This document shows positions 11,161 through 24,800 of a stretch of DNA of 64,000 nucleotides, one piece after another. The stretch covers positions 1,612,001 through 1,676,000 of the forward strand of contig LSRY02000012.1 of NCBI GenBank assembly GCA_001643675.2. Direction: 5' to 3'. How positions within the stretch are numbered: the stretch's first letter is position 1; every line of letters begins with the position of its first letter. Source of the stretch: Monocercomonoides exilis PA203. Taxonomy: Eukaryota; Protista; Preaxostyla. The notes beneath the pieces are model-generated. The model was given only the letters and a program-made list of their open reading frames with translations, had not been told where the DNA came from and ran no database searches. The position numbers and the translations under genes are program-made.

Positions 11161-11779
11161 TGTCCGGTATTTTATGCGATTACTGTAGAACTTTAAAATC
11201 TCTATACAGGAATCAGAGAAAAAGTTAGAAAAATCCTTCGTAATTTCACATGCATAACAAAAAACAAATGAATCCATTTTATTCATATATTTTAATCAAA
11301 ATTCTATATAAAGTGAAGAATTCTTCAATGAAAAAGCTTGAAGTTTCATATTTTCCCATAATTGTTCAATTTTTCTTTATTTTCATGAAAGAGAATGTCA
11401 GACTAATTTTTAATTAGATCTAAGAATTTTTTCGAAACAAATCGTTGCTTTTTTCACAAATGCATCCATATTGCTTCATATTATCTGAACCCTATTTGTG
11501 GAAATATTTCTTGTTTCACTTTCACTTCAGCAAAAAATTAGGAATACTTTCAAAGGATCGATTTTTTGTTTCCAAAATAACTGTTGCCTTTATTTTTAGA
11601 TTTTTAATTTACAGAGAAACAAACACCAATTATATTTTTATTTGTGTAAAAATTGATAAAAATATTATGATAAAATAAATTTCGTGATTATAGCTACTCA
11701 ATTAAAAAAGAAAAAAAAATTATATACATAACACCTATAAAAACACAAAAAAATTAATTATCATTATTATATTTTTTTA

Positions 11780-14700
11780 TTATGTTCGAGAAACGAGAGA
11801 TTTTCCCGGAGCAATTTTCTGTTTAATTATTTTTGATGAGTTATCTTTCTTCGATAAATTTGAATTGGAAGAAGGTGAGACAGCAGTCATTTTTGGCAAG
11901 CCCGTAGTTTTCTTGATTCCTTGCGATGATGAGTTGAGCTGTGCCTTTTCATTCCGTAATGGCGTTTTTGTTGGTGTTTTCAGCGAATGAGATCTGTTTA
12001 AGGGAACACTTCCTGTCTGAGCAAGCTCTGCATTGCGACGTGGTGTCACTTTCTTCTCACTTTTTGTTAAATCTCGACTCAGCGCCTTTTGAATCTTTGG
12101 TGTCATTTTCTGCGAGCTTTCTTCAGCTCCTTTCTTTTCATTGCGAATCGAACGAGATTTGTGTTCATTCTGCTCATTCACACTAATTGTGCCACTTGAA
12201 TCTTTGAGATTTGATTTCAATCCTTCTTCAAGTTCAATTTCGCTATCTTTGCATTTGCCTTCTGTTGGGACATCTTCATTCGCACCAATTGAATCCTCCT
12301 TTTCTGAAGAGATGCTCCGACTTCGATCTTTCACTTGCGGAATATCCTCGATTTTCTTCTCTCCATTTATGCGACTGAGTTCTGAACTCAGTTTTTCCAC
12401 CTTCCTTCTTTTTTCCTCGATTCGCCAAAGCATTTCTTCCAGTCGAGCACGCGAAGGCGAAGGAGAAGACGATGGGGCAGATGAAAGTGATGCAGATCCA
12501 CGCACAGGAGTCTTGCTCCCTTGTGTCAAGTTCGGAGCACTGTGCGGCAGAATCATTGAAGTTGGCAGTTTTGATGTGGTTGTGTGAAGTTGGGAAGAGT
12601 TTGGTTGATTTTGATCTGAAGTGCGAAGAAGCGGAGAAGAAGTGAAGCGATGTGATGGAGTGCTCATTGGAGAGGCAAGTGGTGAGGAAAATGTGTGTGG
12701 TGATGATTGCAGTGAAGAACAAGACGAAGACGAAGACGAAGAGGAAGAGGAAGAAGAAGAAGGGGAAAGAAATGCAGAAGAAGACGAAGATGTGTGTATG
12801 GAAGATGTGTTCAGTGACTGAGAATTTAATTTCGATGGTGAAAGCGAAGTCGAAAGAAGAGTGGTCAACATAGTTATCTTCTCCAAAATGGTGTTCATCT
12901 CCTTTTCGTGTTGAAGCTGCAGTTGTGTCAGCTCATCTCGTGTGACATTTGTGAATGAAGTGTCTGAAGAAACAGCTCTTGGATTATCATTAGAGGGTGA
13001 TGAATCTGATGGTTGTGCTGATTCAGTTGATACCTTGGAAGAGGATGAGGAAGAAGCAGAAGCAGAAGCAGAAGAAGGAAGTGGAGAAGTCAACGAAGAC
13101 GACGTGCTTTCATTCGAATTTGCTGGTGTGAGCGATGAAGACGAAAGAGAAGAACATGAAAGCAGCTGTTCAGACTCCGGAATAACAGCAAGCTGTGGTG
13201 GTGTCAAAAGAGACGAATTTGTGTCAAGCGATCCTTCCGAGTTTTGTGGTGATGAACTTGAAAGCGAAGAATTTGAAGATACGCTTTTCTTGCTTTGTTC
13301 TTCATCCTCACCAGAACGATTGCTTGAAGAAGAAGAAGAAGACTTATTTTGAGCTGAGGATTTGGATGTGCTGTCGGATGGGAGTGTTTCAGAAGAGCTC
13401 AGCGGAGGAAGAGCCGGCGCTGGCAACATTTTTGATGCAAACACATCGGGTTGCTCGTCACTTTCAAGATCGAATGTGTCTTTTCTATCTTCTTTTTGTG
13501 TTGATTTCGAAGTGTTTTGGATGCCTTCTGATTCTTCTTCTTTTTTCACTGCTTTGTGTCGTTCATTCTTTTTGTCTTTTTCCAATTCATTTGCATCTTC
13601 TTCATTTTCTGCATTCTTCTCTTCAAGTTTCTTTTTCAGAATGAAAACAGCTTTTTTTAGTTTAACTTCTTCTTCTTCTTTCAACTTGAGCTGTTCGTTA
13701 AGCTCTTCAATTTCTTTCTTTCTCTGCTTCTTTTCTCTTTTCAAAGAGACCTCCAATGTCCGTTTAGATTCCTCGGCGTCTTTCTTCTTCTGCTCAACAT
13801 TCGCCATCTTTTCAGACAGATCCTTCACTCGCACTTCCAACCGCGCCTTCTCCCGCTGCTCCATCGTCTTTGCCTCTCTCAACAGATTCCTCTGCTGCTT
13901 CAGCTCTGAGATTTCTTTCTTGTTTGCTTCGTTCTCCTTTTTGTGCGCTTCTGTTGCAGATGATAGGTCATTGATGGCTTTGTTCGTTTCGTGATTCTAC
14001 AAAATAAACAGAAACATTAAATAAACAGATTATTGAAATTTGTTTTAATTCGTTTATTCATATTTAGAATTTTCACAATCAAATAATCAATTAAAAAAAA
14101 AAAAATGAAATACCTTTTGTTTTATTAGCAACTGCAGTCTATTTAAAGTCGTAGTGTAATTCCAGCAGTCAACAATAAGCTTGTCTCTTTCTTTTTGTAG
14201 CTTTTCCCATTCGTCCAGACTTGGCAGCTTTGTTGTTTCATTCAGAACTTCATCGACCTTTTTCTCCTTTTCAACAAGCTTCTCTTCACCTTTGCTTTCT
14301 TTCAATGAATCTTTCTTTTGTAAATCTTCTTTTTCCTCATGTGAAAGTTCATTTTTGCTTTCTTCTTCTTCTTCATTGAGCTTTCCATTGCCATCTTGCC
14401 CATTATCCTCAGTCCGCCTGCGCTTCTCACTTTTCTCTAAGAGATGCGGAGTCAAAGGAAGTGGCTGGCTCTTCATAAGCATTGATGCGTCTAATGGTGT
14501 CTCTCCATTGTATAGCTCTGCCTCGTGCTCTCCTTCTTCAAGTAATTTCGCAAAAAGATCCGGATACGACGTATCCAAAGAATCAGCTCCTTCTGAATCG
14601 CCATGAAGCTGAGACAGACTCCCGTTCCATGCTCTTTCAAGAATTCGAGTTCTTCGTGTTGCAACTTTTGCCTTTGCCTTTACTTTTGCTTTGGTCTTGG

Positions 14701-15416
14701 CTTTTGCTTTGGCTTTGGGCTTAGAATTGCATTTTGAAGCCAAATTTGAAATGTTTGTTGAAACCTGCTCAGAGGCAGCCGGAATTGATGAAAATAATGA
14801 ATCGTCATCAAAATCGTCATCCACGGAATTGTTCGTTGTTGATTGTGTTGAAACAGGCTCGATTTTTTGTAAATTATTTGATTTATCACGAGTCGAAAGA
14901 GAAGAAAGTGCTTTTGACAAATCAATTGCTCCAAAATTATATTCATCATCATCAGAATCAGAATGCTGCTCTCTCTTTGGTTGAATATTATTTTTATCTT
15001 CATTACCGCTTTCATTTGAAAAAAGATTCTTTCTCCTTGTTTTCAAAGGTTCAAAAAGTCCATGTTTCTCTGTCTTTCCATCATCATGAAATTTTTCATT
15101 ATCTTTCTTTTCTGTTTCTGCTTTATTTTTTGCGTTCTGTTTTGATAATCCACCTGAACCAGATTTTTTCCCCGTAAATGATTGGTTATCTTTATCGGTT
15201 GAAATTTTCAAATTTGCATCAATTTGAGTGAAATCTTCGGAAAAGTCTCCTTCCTCTTTCAGTGTACTCACATTACTGCTATTATTTGGTGATGTGGTAT
15301 TCTGGATATCTTGCGTTTCAAGTTGTTCAAACTCTTTTAAAAGAAGTATTTTTCAAAAATTAATAATGAAACATCTCTTAAAATTCATGAAATTGCATAC
15401 CCTCTTTAGATTTCAT
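11780..15416 (-). CDS. Coiled-coil, Ser-rich hypothetical protein (~1150 aa, 3 exons)
   Basis: Exons 15416-15401, 15333-14114 and 13996-11780 join in frame via GT-AG introns (MKSKE|EFEQLETQ...LIKQK|NHETNKA...), linking track ORFs 14087..15271 and 11780..13882. Confidence 0.8.
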
Positions 15417-15841
15417 GCTAAATAAAAATAATTAACGAATCAAAACACTCAATTATATTCTATTTATTAAAGAAAACTGTTCAAATATTAGCTCGATCAT
15501 GACCTTAAGTTGCTTATGAACATTCATTTTCTTTCTTCACAAAATATTATATTTTTTTCGGAAAACAGTATTATTATTTGAATATCCAATAATTCATCTA
15601 AATTGTTATTGCTTTAACGAAAAATGAAAAAAGTCTGAACAAATAAAAAGCAATGATGAAAACCTATTTAACAAATATATTCATTTCAAATAGATGGGTT
15701 GAATGAACGAATTGAAAAGTAATATTTGCTTTAATTGAAGGTTTAATTTGAAAAATGAGTTTTTAAAGAACCATTATATAATTTTATTGATATGTTGTGT
15801 TTATCAGCGAATATTTAAATAAATCGGCATTATAAACAAAA

Positions 15842-18800
15842 ATGTCAAAGCAAAAACCAAGTCAAATCACATTTTTATTATTTGATCATCCTACCTTACC
15901 TATTGATTTGACTCAAGCTCCACAATTGAAAAAATTAATTGTTTGAAATTTATGGATTGAATATTTCACTAATTTTTGCTGTCTAATTGTTAACATTTCA
16001 AAAACATCAGTTAAAGGGCATTCCATTTGGTGCAGAAGTATATGGACTTCGCCAAGCTTCAAGGACGTTAACTTCTTTGATATGCGAAGATTCCCTTCAC
16101 ACTTGTGAATGGCTTTTGCTTGATTTTTTAGGAGAGAAAAATTTAAAGCAATCTTCTAGGTCGTCAAGTAAATCCGTTCAAAAACCACAAAATTTGTTGT
16201 CAACTGGAGAATGGAGTAATTTATCATTTTTATCTCTTTCACACAATCAGTTTCGCACAATAGATGAAAGTCTTCATGATGTATTTCAATCGCTCAATAA
16301 TCTCAATCAACTTATCCTTCAACATAACAAAATTGTGTTTATATCTGATCTTTCTCAATTGTCTTCACTATCATATCTTGATCTGAGCAATAATGAGCTA
16401 GAGGCATGAACTGAAAATGAAACATTGCTCATTTTTTTTAACTTGTTTTCTTTTTTGATTTCAAAATAGGAAATTTCCTCGCTAAGAGCTCCGAGATTGC
16501 GTACTCTAATTTTGTATGAGATAAAATAAAATATTCAAAAAACTATTAATTATTGTTGCAATATTTGTGCTTTTCTATTTCACTATATATTTTTTAATTG
16601 TAGGCATCATAATCGCCTCGTTTCATTAAAGGGAATCAATCTTATTTCATCTCTCGAGGAATTGGATGTCGGATATAATCAGCTTTCATCACTGAATGCT
16701 TTCACTGATCTTCCTCAGAGCACTTTGTTATTCTCCACACTCCAATTTCTGACAGTCGAAGGAAATTCTTTCACAAACGATACTCCAGCGACGTTAGAAC
16801 AACCATCATCAACTAATGACATATCTAGCAATTCTCAGCAATCTTCTGGTGATGTTTCTTTGAAAGAACCAAAAGATGGCACATTGAGTAGCAGTCAAGT
16901 TGATTCCGAGGTCAATTACAGAATACGTCTATTCCTTCTGTTTGAAACAAGAGATGTTTGCCTTTTTTTAGATTTTTTAAAATCTTGTTGATATTAATTA
17001 AAATTTGATTAATATGCATTTATTGTAATTTGCACATTGTGACACATTTCATATTTCCTTTTTTTTTTTTTTATTTTCGTTTTATTTTCTTTTTATCTCA
17101 CTGCTAAATCTGCATTCAACAATGCTGCAACGCATTTTCTGTTCTTTTGCAGAGATTGATGATCGATTCCTCAAAAGCAACAGACAAAGAAAAGCGTCTT
17201 TTTGAGACAATCCTAAGCAAACAGGAGAAATCACACAGAATTGAATCGCCTTCTTCTTTGTCCTCTTCTCCTTCTCCTTCTCCTTCTCTTTCGATTTCAA
17301 AATCATCATCTTCATCTTTTATTGTCTCAACAAACCCTTCTGTTCCATCAGTCTCAGAATCAACAGCAAAAGAGAAGCAAAATGAGTGTGCGAATAAGCA
17401 GAAGAAAGCGAAGCAGCAAAACAGTTCAAATTTTGTGATAGAGGAAGACAACTTATTTGTTGACTATACGATTCCATTGACATTCTCTACTCCTTCTGAA
17501 ACAGAAAAGGTCAAAGAGAAGGAAAAAGAGAAGGAGAAAGAGAAGGAGAAAGAGAAGGAGAAAGAGAAGGAGAAGGAGAAAGAGAAAGAGAAAGAGAAAG
17601 AGAAAGAGAAAGAGAAAGAGAAAGAGAAAGAGAAGAAGAAAGAGAAAGAAAAGGAGAAAGACGATAAATCAGTCAAAGATGATTTATCTCTCTCTTCAAC
17701 TTCTCAACAGCCATCGGCAGCACCTTCTGTCGCGACATCAAACGAAGCTCAAATACAACCTTCAGTTGTTGTTCAGACACTTCCAATGGAAAATGCGAAC
17801 AGTCCAACTCAGCCTTCCTCTGAGGCATCCACAAGTCCTCCAGATAGTCTGCCTTCATCTTCAATTTCATCATCATCATCAGCATCTTTATCATCATCTT
17901 TGACACAGCCAGACAAAAATCCTTTGTCTCTTCAAGAATCTTACGTAAATTTGCCTGATGATATCAATGCTCCAGTGCATTCAGCAAAAATTGATTTATC
18001 TTCTCAAAATTTATCTGAAAAACATCCATCTTCACCTTCACCAGCAGCTTCTGAAGCACACAAAATGACAACAAATAGCTCAGTTGAACAGGCTGTGAAA
18101 ACTGCAATGGACAGCTTGTTCAATCATTCTGAAGCAGAAACAACTTCTGTGAAAGACAACACATCTTCTGACAGCAAACTTCAAACATCTTTTGATTCGA
18201 AATTACAGTCAAAAAAATCAGATGTTTCTTCTCCTATCAAATCTGAGACTCGCATTTCAGCAACACCAAACAAGGAAGATACCTCTTATTCTCCTTCTCC
18301 TTCATCTTCATCTTCATCTTCATCCTCATCCTCATCTTTATCTTTATCTACATCTTCAGGCACTTTGAATGCTGCTTCTAATCCAATCCAGCCGGTTGAT
18401 ATGACACCTTCTCAACAAACCATTCAAACAGATCGAATGACTGAAACAAAATACAAAACAGGAAAAATAGACGAATTTAATAGAGAAAGTTCTGTGAAAA
18501 ATAGAAGAATGCCATTTTCTATTCGAAGAACACTGTCTTCAAACAAATCTGAGAGTAATTCGAGTTCTGCCGACATTTCGTTCTTCAAACAACCGCTTTT
18601 CTTTCGAAACAAATACATCGCCTTGTTTTGGAATGGGATGCTTTCGACTTCCTTCCCTTCGTCTGCTTTTTCCGACTTTTCACAGCCAAATCCAGCTTTT
18701 TCTGTCAATCCATTCAATTCAGTCTATTTGTATGCAGACATCTCTCAGACATTATCAGTCAAGCCACATCAAATAGATTACAAGCACATTCAACATTCGC

Positions 18801-21800
18801 ATACACACTCAGCACAACAAGTGCATTCATCACCATCGCTGCCTTCATCATCGTCTTCTTCTTCCTCTTCTTTTTCACCTTCACCTTTCTTCTCATTGCA
18901 GAATATTCCATTCACTCTTCCTCTGTCCATCTTTTCGTCAATCAAAGAAATGGCTGATTATTCTGTTTCATTGCTTTCTCTATCATATTCTCTATCTTCT
19001 TCTCCTCAGCCGCTCCCATCGCTTCTCCAGATTCAACAAGCAGCAAACAATCCTTCCTTTCAAATTGTACCGTCTTCCTCTTCTTTCACTCATCTTTTGT
19101 CTGCAATCAGCAAAAACAGTGCTGTTGTGATGGCAGAGAGGAGGGCTGTGATGACAATATCCAGAAAATTGCTGGAAGAAATGAAAAGTATCAGAAAGAA
19201 CGAAAAATTTGATGAAGATGAAAGGGGCATTTATTCATCTTTGACTCTTGAGACAGTGAAGTTCCATTCAAAAGCGGCCAAAACGAAAGGGAATGATGCA
19301 TCCGATGGGCAAAGTGATGCTGAGGAGGGAGCAGAAGATGGCTCTGAAGGAGGATTCGATGAAAGCGATGACACATTCATGCGGATGCTTCGCCTGGACG
19401 ATCCAAAAGGAATAAACAGGCACATTTTGCAGATGCTGAACGAGCTGCAGCGTTTGATTGACTCAGAAAACGGGCAAACATACAAAAATGAGATCGACTC
19501 ATTTTTATCTTCGCTTTCAGCCATCGCATTTTTGCCAAGCCAAATTCAGAATTCCATTCTGCCACAAGCACAACTGTCATCAACAGCATCATCAACAAAC
19601 ACAAATTCTTCATCTTCGTTTATTCCATCTTTTGTGAATGCTTCTCCTGATGCTTCCATTTCTGCCTCTTCCAATCAGCCATCTTCTCTACCCATCCCTC
19701 AGCCATCTGCCTCGCAGCTGCCACTTCTTCCTTTCATTGCCACCACCTCCTCTCCTTCTCCTCCTCCACTCACCCGCTCCTTTGTTCTGCTTCCACAAGA
19801 AGACATATTCTTCAGCCGGCGAGTGACACAGCCACGCCACCTGCTCTTCTTTGCACTGACGCAAGAGCCTTCTTCATTCGATCCCTCTTTCCCGGAGACA
19901 CACGCCGAATGGAATGAGCTGCCGAAGATTGGCTCAGAGTGGGAAAAGCACGAATTGAGTGCTGTTCCTTTGAAGAACGCTTTTTGTTACGACGGACTTG
20001 ATGAAATTATTCAGAATGCGAAAAATGTGAGGGGAAAAAGATTGAAGGAGTTGAGTGAGCAGAAAATGAAACTAAACAAGATGTTTTCTGAAGGATCTTC
20101 AAAAGAGGAGGGAGAAGCAAATGAAGACAAAACACAAGAGAATACTGTTGAAGGCAACAATGAGAGTTCTGTTCCGCAAGATGAAAAAGTTGGAGAGCTG
20201 CTTTATCTGCCTGCATTTCAGCCACTGGTTGCTGTTCATTCATCGTTGAGTCCATTTCTTCAGCCTCGAAAGCCTCACAGACATCGAACAGTTATTGTTC
20301 CACAGTGGAAAAGCACATCTCATGAAAGAATGCAACCAAGCGCTTTAACAACTGAAGAGGGCATAAAGAAAGCAGAGGAAGAAGCAGAAAAAGGCGAAAA
20401 AATAAGAAAGAATGCGTTTGCGAACAAAGTCGTTATTTTCAAAAGGGCATTCAGCAGCCTTACCGAAGGATCATCAAAACAGAGTCTAAATATACAAACA
20501 ACGCCAACAACAGATGTGATAAACGAAGAAACAGCAGAAAAAGAGCAAGTGAACGGAGATTCACATTCGATCTCTTTGGTGTCTTTGATGGAGAATGCGT
20601 ATCATTTCCCACTCACTTCTGATCATATGACTGACACCATCGAAAAGTTGAGTCATCGTTTTTCTTCGTCTGCTGCTGCGAATGCTTTGCAGAATTTCAC
20701 ATTATATTCACAAAATAATTCTTCATCTTCTTTTTCATCTTCCTCTTCTTCAAATCTTTCAACCAAAAGTTCATCATCATCATCATCATCAAAGCACTAT
20801 TCCATTATTCATTCAGAGTTGAACACTGATTCCGTTTCTCCTTCATTTTCGAATGCTTTTCCATCTCTTTGTGATGCGTTAGTCATCCAGCAACTGGCAC
20901 ATGAGCTTTACAAACGAGAAAAAGCACAGCAGAAAACTAACCAGCAAAATAATTCATCCACCACATCTTCATCAAGAGGAAATGGGCAGAATAACACTTT
21001 CTGTTCACCTTCTGATCCACATCCAGTTGGCAATGAAAATTCCAACAGACATTCAACAAAAGAGCATTTGTGGACAAACACTCTATTTCTGTTTTTGAAG
21101 TCTATGCGAGCAGATCGCCCTGCGCTTGCAACTGCTTCAATTGCAGACGCATTTCGTCTCTTTCCTTTTCAATTCCATTCATTTTCTTCTTCTTTTGTCT
21201 TTCCATCATCTGCTGATTCGATACATTCGATGAATGCGTTTTCTTCCTTTTATTCTTCAGTTGTGCCTTCTTCTCCATCACACTCAACATTTCCATTGTT
21301 GGATGAATTAAACTGCAGCACATGCTTTGTGAGGATAACAAGATGCAACAAAGGAAAGATGATTCCGCTGATGGACCATTTATCGTCGCCTCCATTTCTT
21401 GTCTCTCGATCGTCTCTTCAGTCGTTCAAGACATTTGCTGTCGAAAATACTCCTAATTCGTTGTCTGAACGCTCAACAACACAAACATTGAACTGTGATG
21501 ATTTCTGCTTGATTGATGTTGCTGAGATCAACAAAAATGGAATAACAAGGGTTTTGAATGATCGTTCAAAGGAATCAACAGAAGATAACAAACAGAGTGA
21601 AAATAATAAAAGTGTTATTTGCTGTGAGGAAAAGAAAACAGATGTGCAGGAAATAAAAAACAGTAATTTCATAGAAAAAGAGAAAGAATTAGATGGCAAA
21701 GTTGAAAGAGAAGAGCAAGAGCTTGGAAATGAAAACGAAGCATCTTCACATTTTGTAACAAGAGATGCAGATGGAATGATTGAACCGCTGCAAAAGCTTG

Positions 21801-24800
21801 TATTCAAGAATATTCCATATTTCATTCCATCAGACAAAACTAAAAAGTTTCATTCTTTTATTGACTCAGCATCATCATCATCATCATCTTCTTCTTCTTC
21901 ATCTTTGCCTTTCACAACAGCATCAGCGTTCTTTTCAAATTCTGGTGATTCAATTTTCTGTTTGGAGCATTTTCTTTCACTTTCAACTTTTATGAATTTG
22001 CTGAAAAATATGCACAGCCAGCAAAGCAAATTAATGGAAGGAATTAGCACTCATGAAAAGAACATTGAAAGAGCATCAAAAACTAACGATGAAGCAACAT
22101 TGACAATCTTAATTGGAAAATCAGAAGAAGAAGAAGCTGTGGTTGACTTTCACAAGAATATCATGGAATTGATGATCGATGAGCAAGCGACTGATTCGTC
22201 TGGAATCTCATTTGTAACCAAAAGTGCAAATACCTCATCATCATCAAGTTCGATTCTTCATTCACTTTCTGTTCCAAAAAATGTTATTGTGACATCAAGT
22301 TCTGCTTTTCTGTCGTGGATGAAGAGAACACAGAAGGAGAAGAAGAGCGATATAAAATCATCACACACAGATAAGCCTCGCTCAAGTGACATCTGTCCTT
22401 CTTTAAGATCATCTGACACGAAGCATTTGATCATAAAAAGAAAGCAAAAAACGAGTGAAAATCCTGAAGATTTTCCTTCGCTTGAGAAAACTGATAACAT
22501 TCAAAAAGAACAATTGCCTTCATTGTATTTTTCATCATTCTTCAAATTGCTTCAAATGAAACGCAAGTCCTCTAATCGATTTATAACATTTCCGCTTGTC
22601 GCGTATCCTCATCAAAATCTGTTTACTGGCACAACCTTGGATTCTTTTGTGGAGTATATTTTAAGTCGCTATTCACAAAATAATAAGCAATCATTAGCAT
22701 CAACATCGTCACTGCCTCAAGAACAAAGCATCACAAACAGCAATTCGTCTCGCTCCCAATCAATTCTCTTCAACAAACTTGTATTGTCATTTCTAAGCAT
22801 TGTTTCTCTTTTTGACTTCTCTCTTCTCTTCTCTTCGGCTATTCTTTGCACACTTTCTGCTTTTCCTCTGCTGAATCATCGATCGTTCAGAACAACAAAA
22901 ATAAAGCAAATTGCTTGTGAATCCTCAACTTCGCCAGCTTCGTCAACAGTTAAAGAATCAGATACATCTCTGACAATTGCTCATCCACAGCCAAAACAGC
23001 CTCCTGTTAATTCATCACATTCTTCTTCTTCTTCTTCTTCGTTGCCTGAAATAGCAGCTTCAATTTCTTCAGAGCACAGCTCTGCTGAATCCTCTTCGCC
23101 ATCAGCAGAAATCTCACCTCCTCCTCTTCTCGTCCAATCTCCTTCTGCCAAATCCATTCAATCCACAAAACTTTCCAAACACAAACCGTCGTTTCATTCA
23201 AAAAAGAACGATAAACGCAAACCTCGCTATGTTTACGCTCCAATCATATCTTTCTCTTCTCTTCTTCTTGATACGCTTCTATCTCACATCACATCCACAA
23301 TCACAGAAATGAAAAAACCAGAGTGGGTGTTTATGAAGCCAGACCCAGAATTCGCTGTTTCAGAATCAGGAAAACGCACAAATATATCTCCATTTTCGCA
23401 TCCAGCATTGAGAAACTTCCGCATTTCGTCTGTTTCTTCAAATGCACCCCACTCAAATCTGTCTCAGCCACAACCAATTCGATCCATCCGCTCGTCTTCT
23501 TTCTCAACAGCTGTCAATCCTTTATCGACATCGTCTTTCCCATCTTTCAATTCTCCAGTTCACACATTCAGCCGCTTATCCTTCTCTTCATCCACACCAG
23601 CCTCTGCTTCATTTCAGCCTTTTTCTCTTCAACAGACTATTTCTTCTTCGTCATCTCCTTCTTCCTCTTCGCCTGCATTTGCTCCTTCTCCTCTTTCCTC
23701 GGCCTCTCTCATTGAATCGTCAATGTGCCCTCCTCCTTCCTCTTCCAACGCATTCTCTCCAATTCAGCCAGACTCTCTTCACAGTTCAGATGGAATGAGC
23801 ATGCCAAATGTCACAGCTATCAGAGATGCCATGGGAATGTCTCTTGAAGAAGGCAATTTCAGCACAGATGGTCTGAAGAAGAATAATTTGAATGAAAATC
23901 TGGAAGATAATTGGAGCTTATGCGAAGATGAATTTGGCAGCACCACCATTGAAGAAGGGGAAAACGAAGACGAATTATCGGAATCCGATGGCGAAGAAGC
24001 AGAAATTTCGAGGGAAAAAGAATTGTTTTCACAAAAACACTCATTTTTCTGTCTTTCTCCAGACGATGTTGACTCGCTGTATGGACTGAAGCAGCCTGTC
24101 TCTTCTCTTTCGTCGCTTAGCCACATTCTCCAACTTGCTGTCTCTGAGTGCACTTTGAACAGTGCTGTGCTTTCATTCCATCTTCAGCATCAAACACACC
24201 GCGAGCAATCACACAGCATCCAAAGCAAGATTTCAGAGCCTTCTCTTCCAAGACGGGGCTCAATGTCTTTCCGAAATGTCGGTGCGATGACTGCATTGGA
24301 CTTGAAGCAAGCGCTTGTTGCATCTCAGCCTGAACAAAACCTAATTTCATCGTCTTCTTCTGTCTCTGATTATTCTATTTCTTCCACTTCTCGTTCATTT
24401 TCACAGGAGAAATCAGCCAATCATACAAAGCATGCCTTTCTAACAAGTGCAACGAAAGATAAACCAAAAGATTCTCACTCCCAACAGACAGGGCGCTCAC
24501 CGTCAAAACAGCAACTCGATTGTGTTCTATTCTTTCGGTGCTTGTTTGCGACGGCACACACAGAAGATCTGTTTCTGCTGTTTCAGCCAGCCAATCTGCA
24601 GCTGTTCGCAAAGCAGCCATATTTGCTTTCACTCTTCGCATCTGTCTGCCTTGGAGCAGAAGAGGAAATGAAGAGATGCTTGGAGGAAAAGGGAAACAGA
24701 ACTGAAGTTAACAAGGAAGAAGAAATTGCATCAGAAAAAGTTGTTGCTGAAGAAGTCGATGATGAAGAAAATGAAGTTCATTCGATTCAAAAAATTGATA

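Noticed and set aside
9096-11200. CRISPR array, bacterial terminators or a single MITE family as explanation for the repeats
   Set aside because: The context is eukaryotic, there is no direct-repeat/spacer periodicity, the hairpins appear unrelated in sequence, and no TSD or transposase was seen. A non-autonomous element origin for individual hairpins cannot be fully excluded without a genome search.
10948-11286. 112-aa minus-strand ORF across the palindrome arm
   Set aside because: AT-rich and F/I/K-biased with no recognisable motif; better explained as a chance frame within the inverted repeat.
11941-15177. Many plus-strand ORFs over the coiled-coil gene
   Set aside because: Same shadow effect; no independent motifs.
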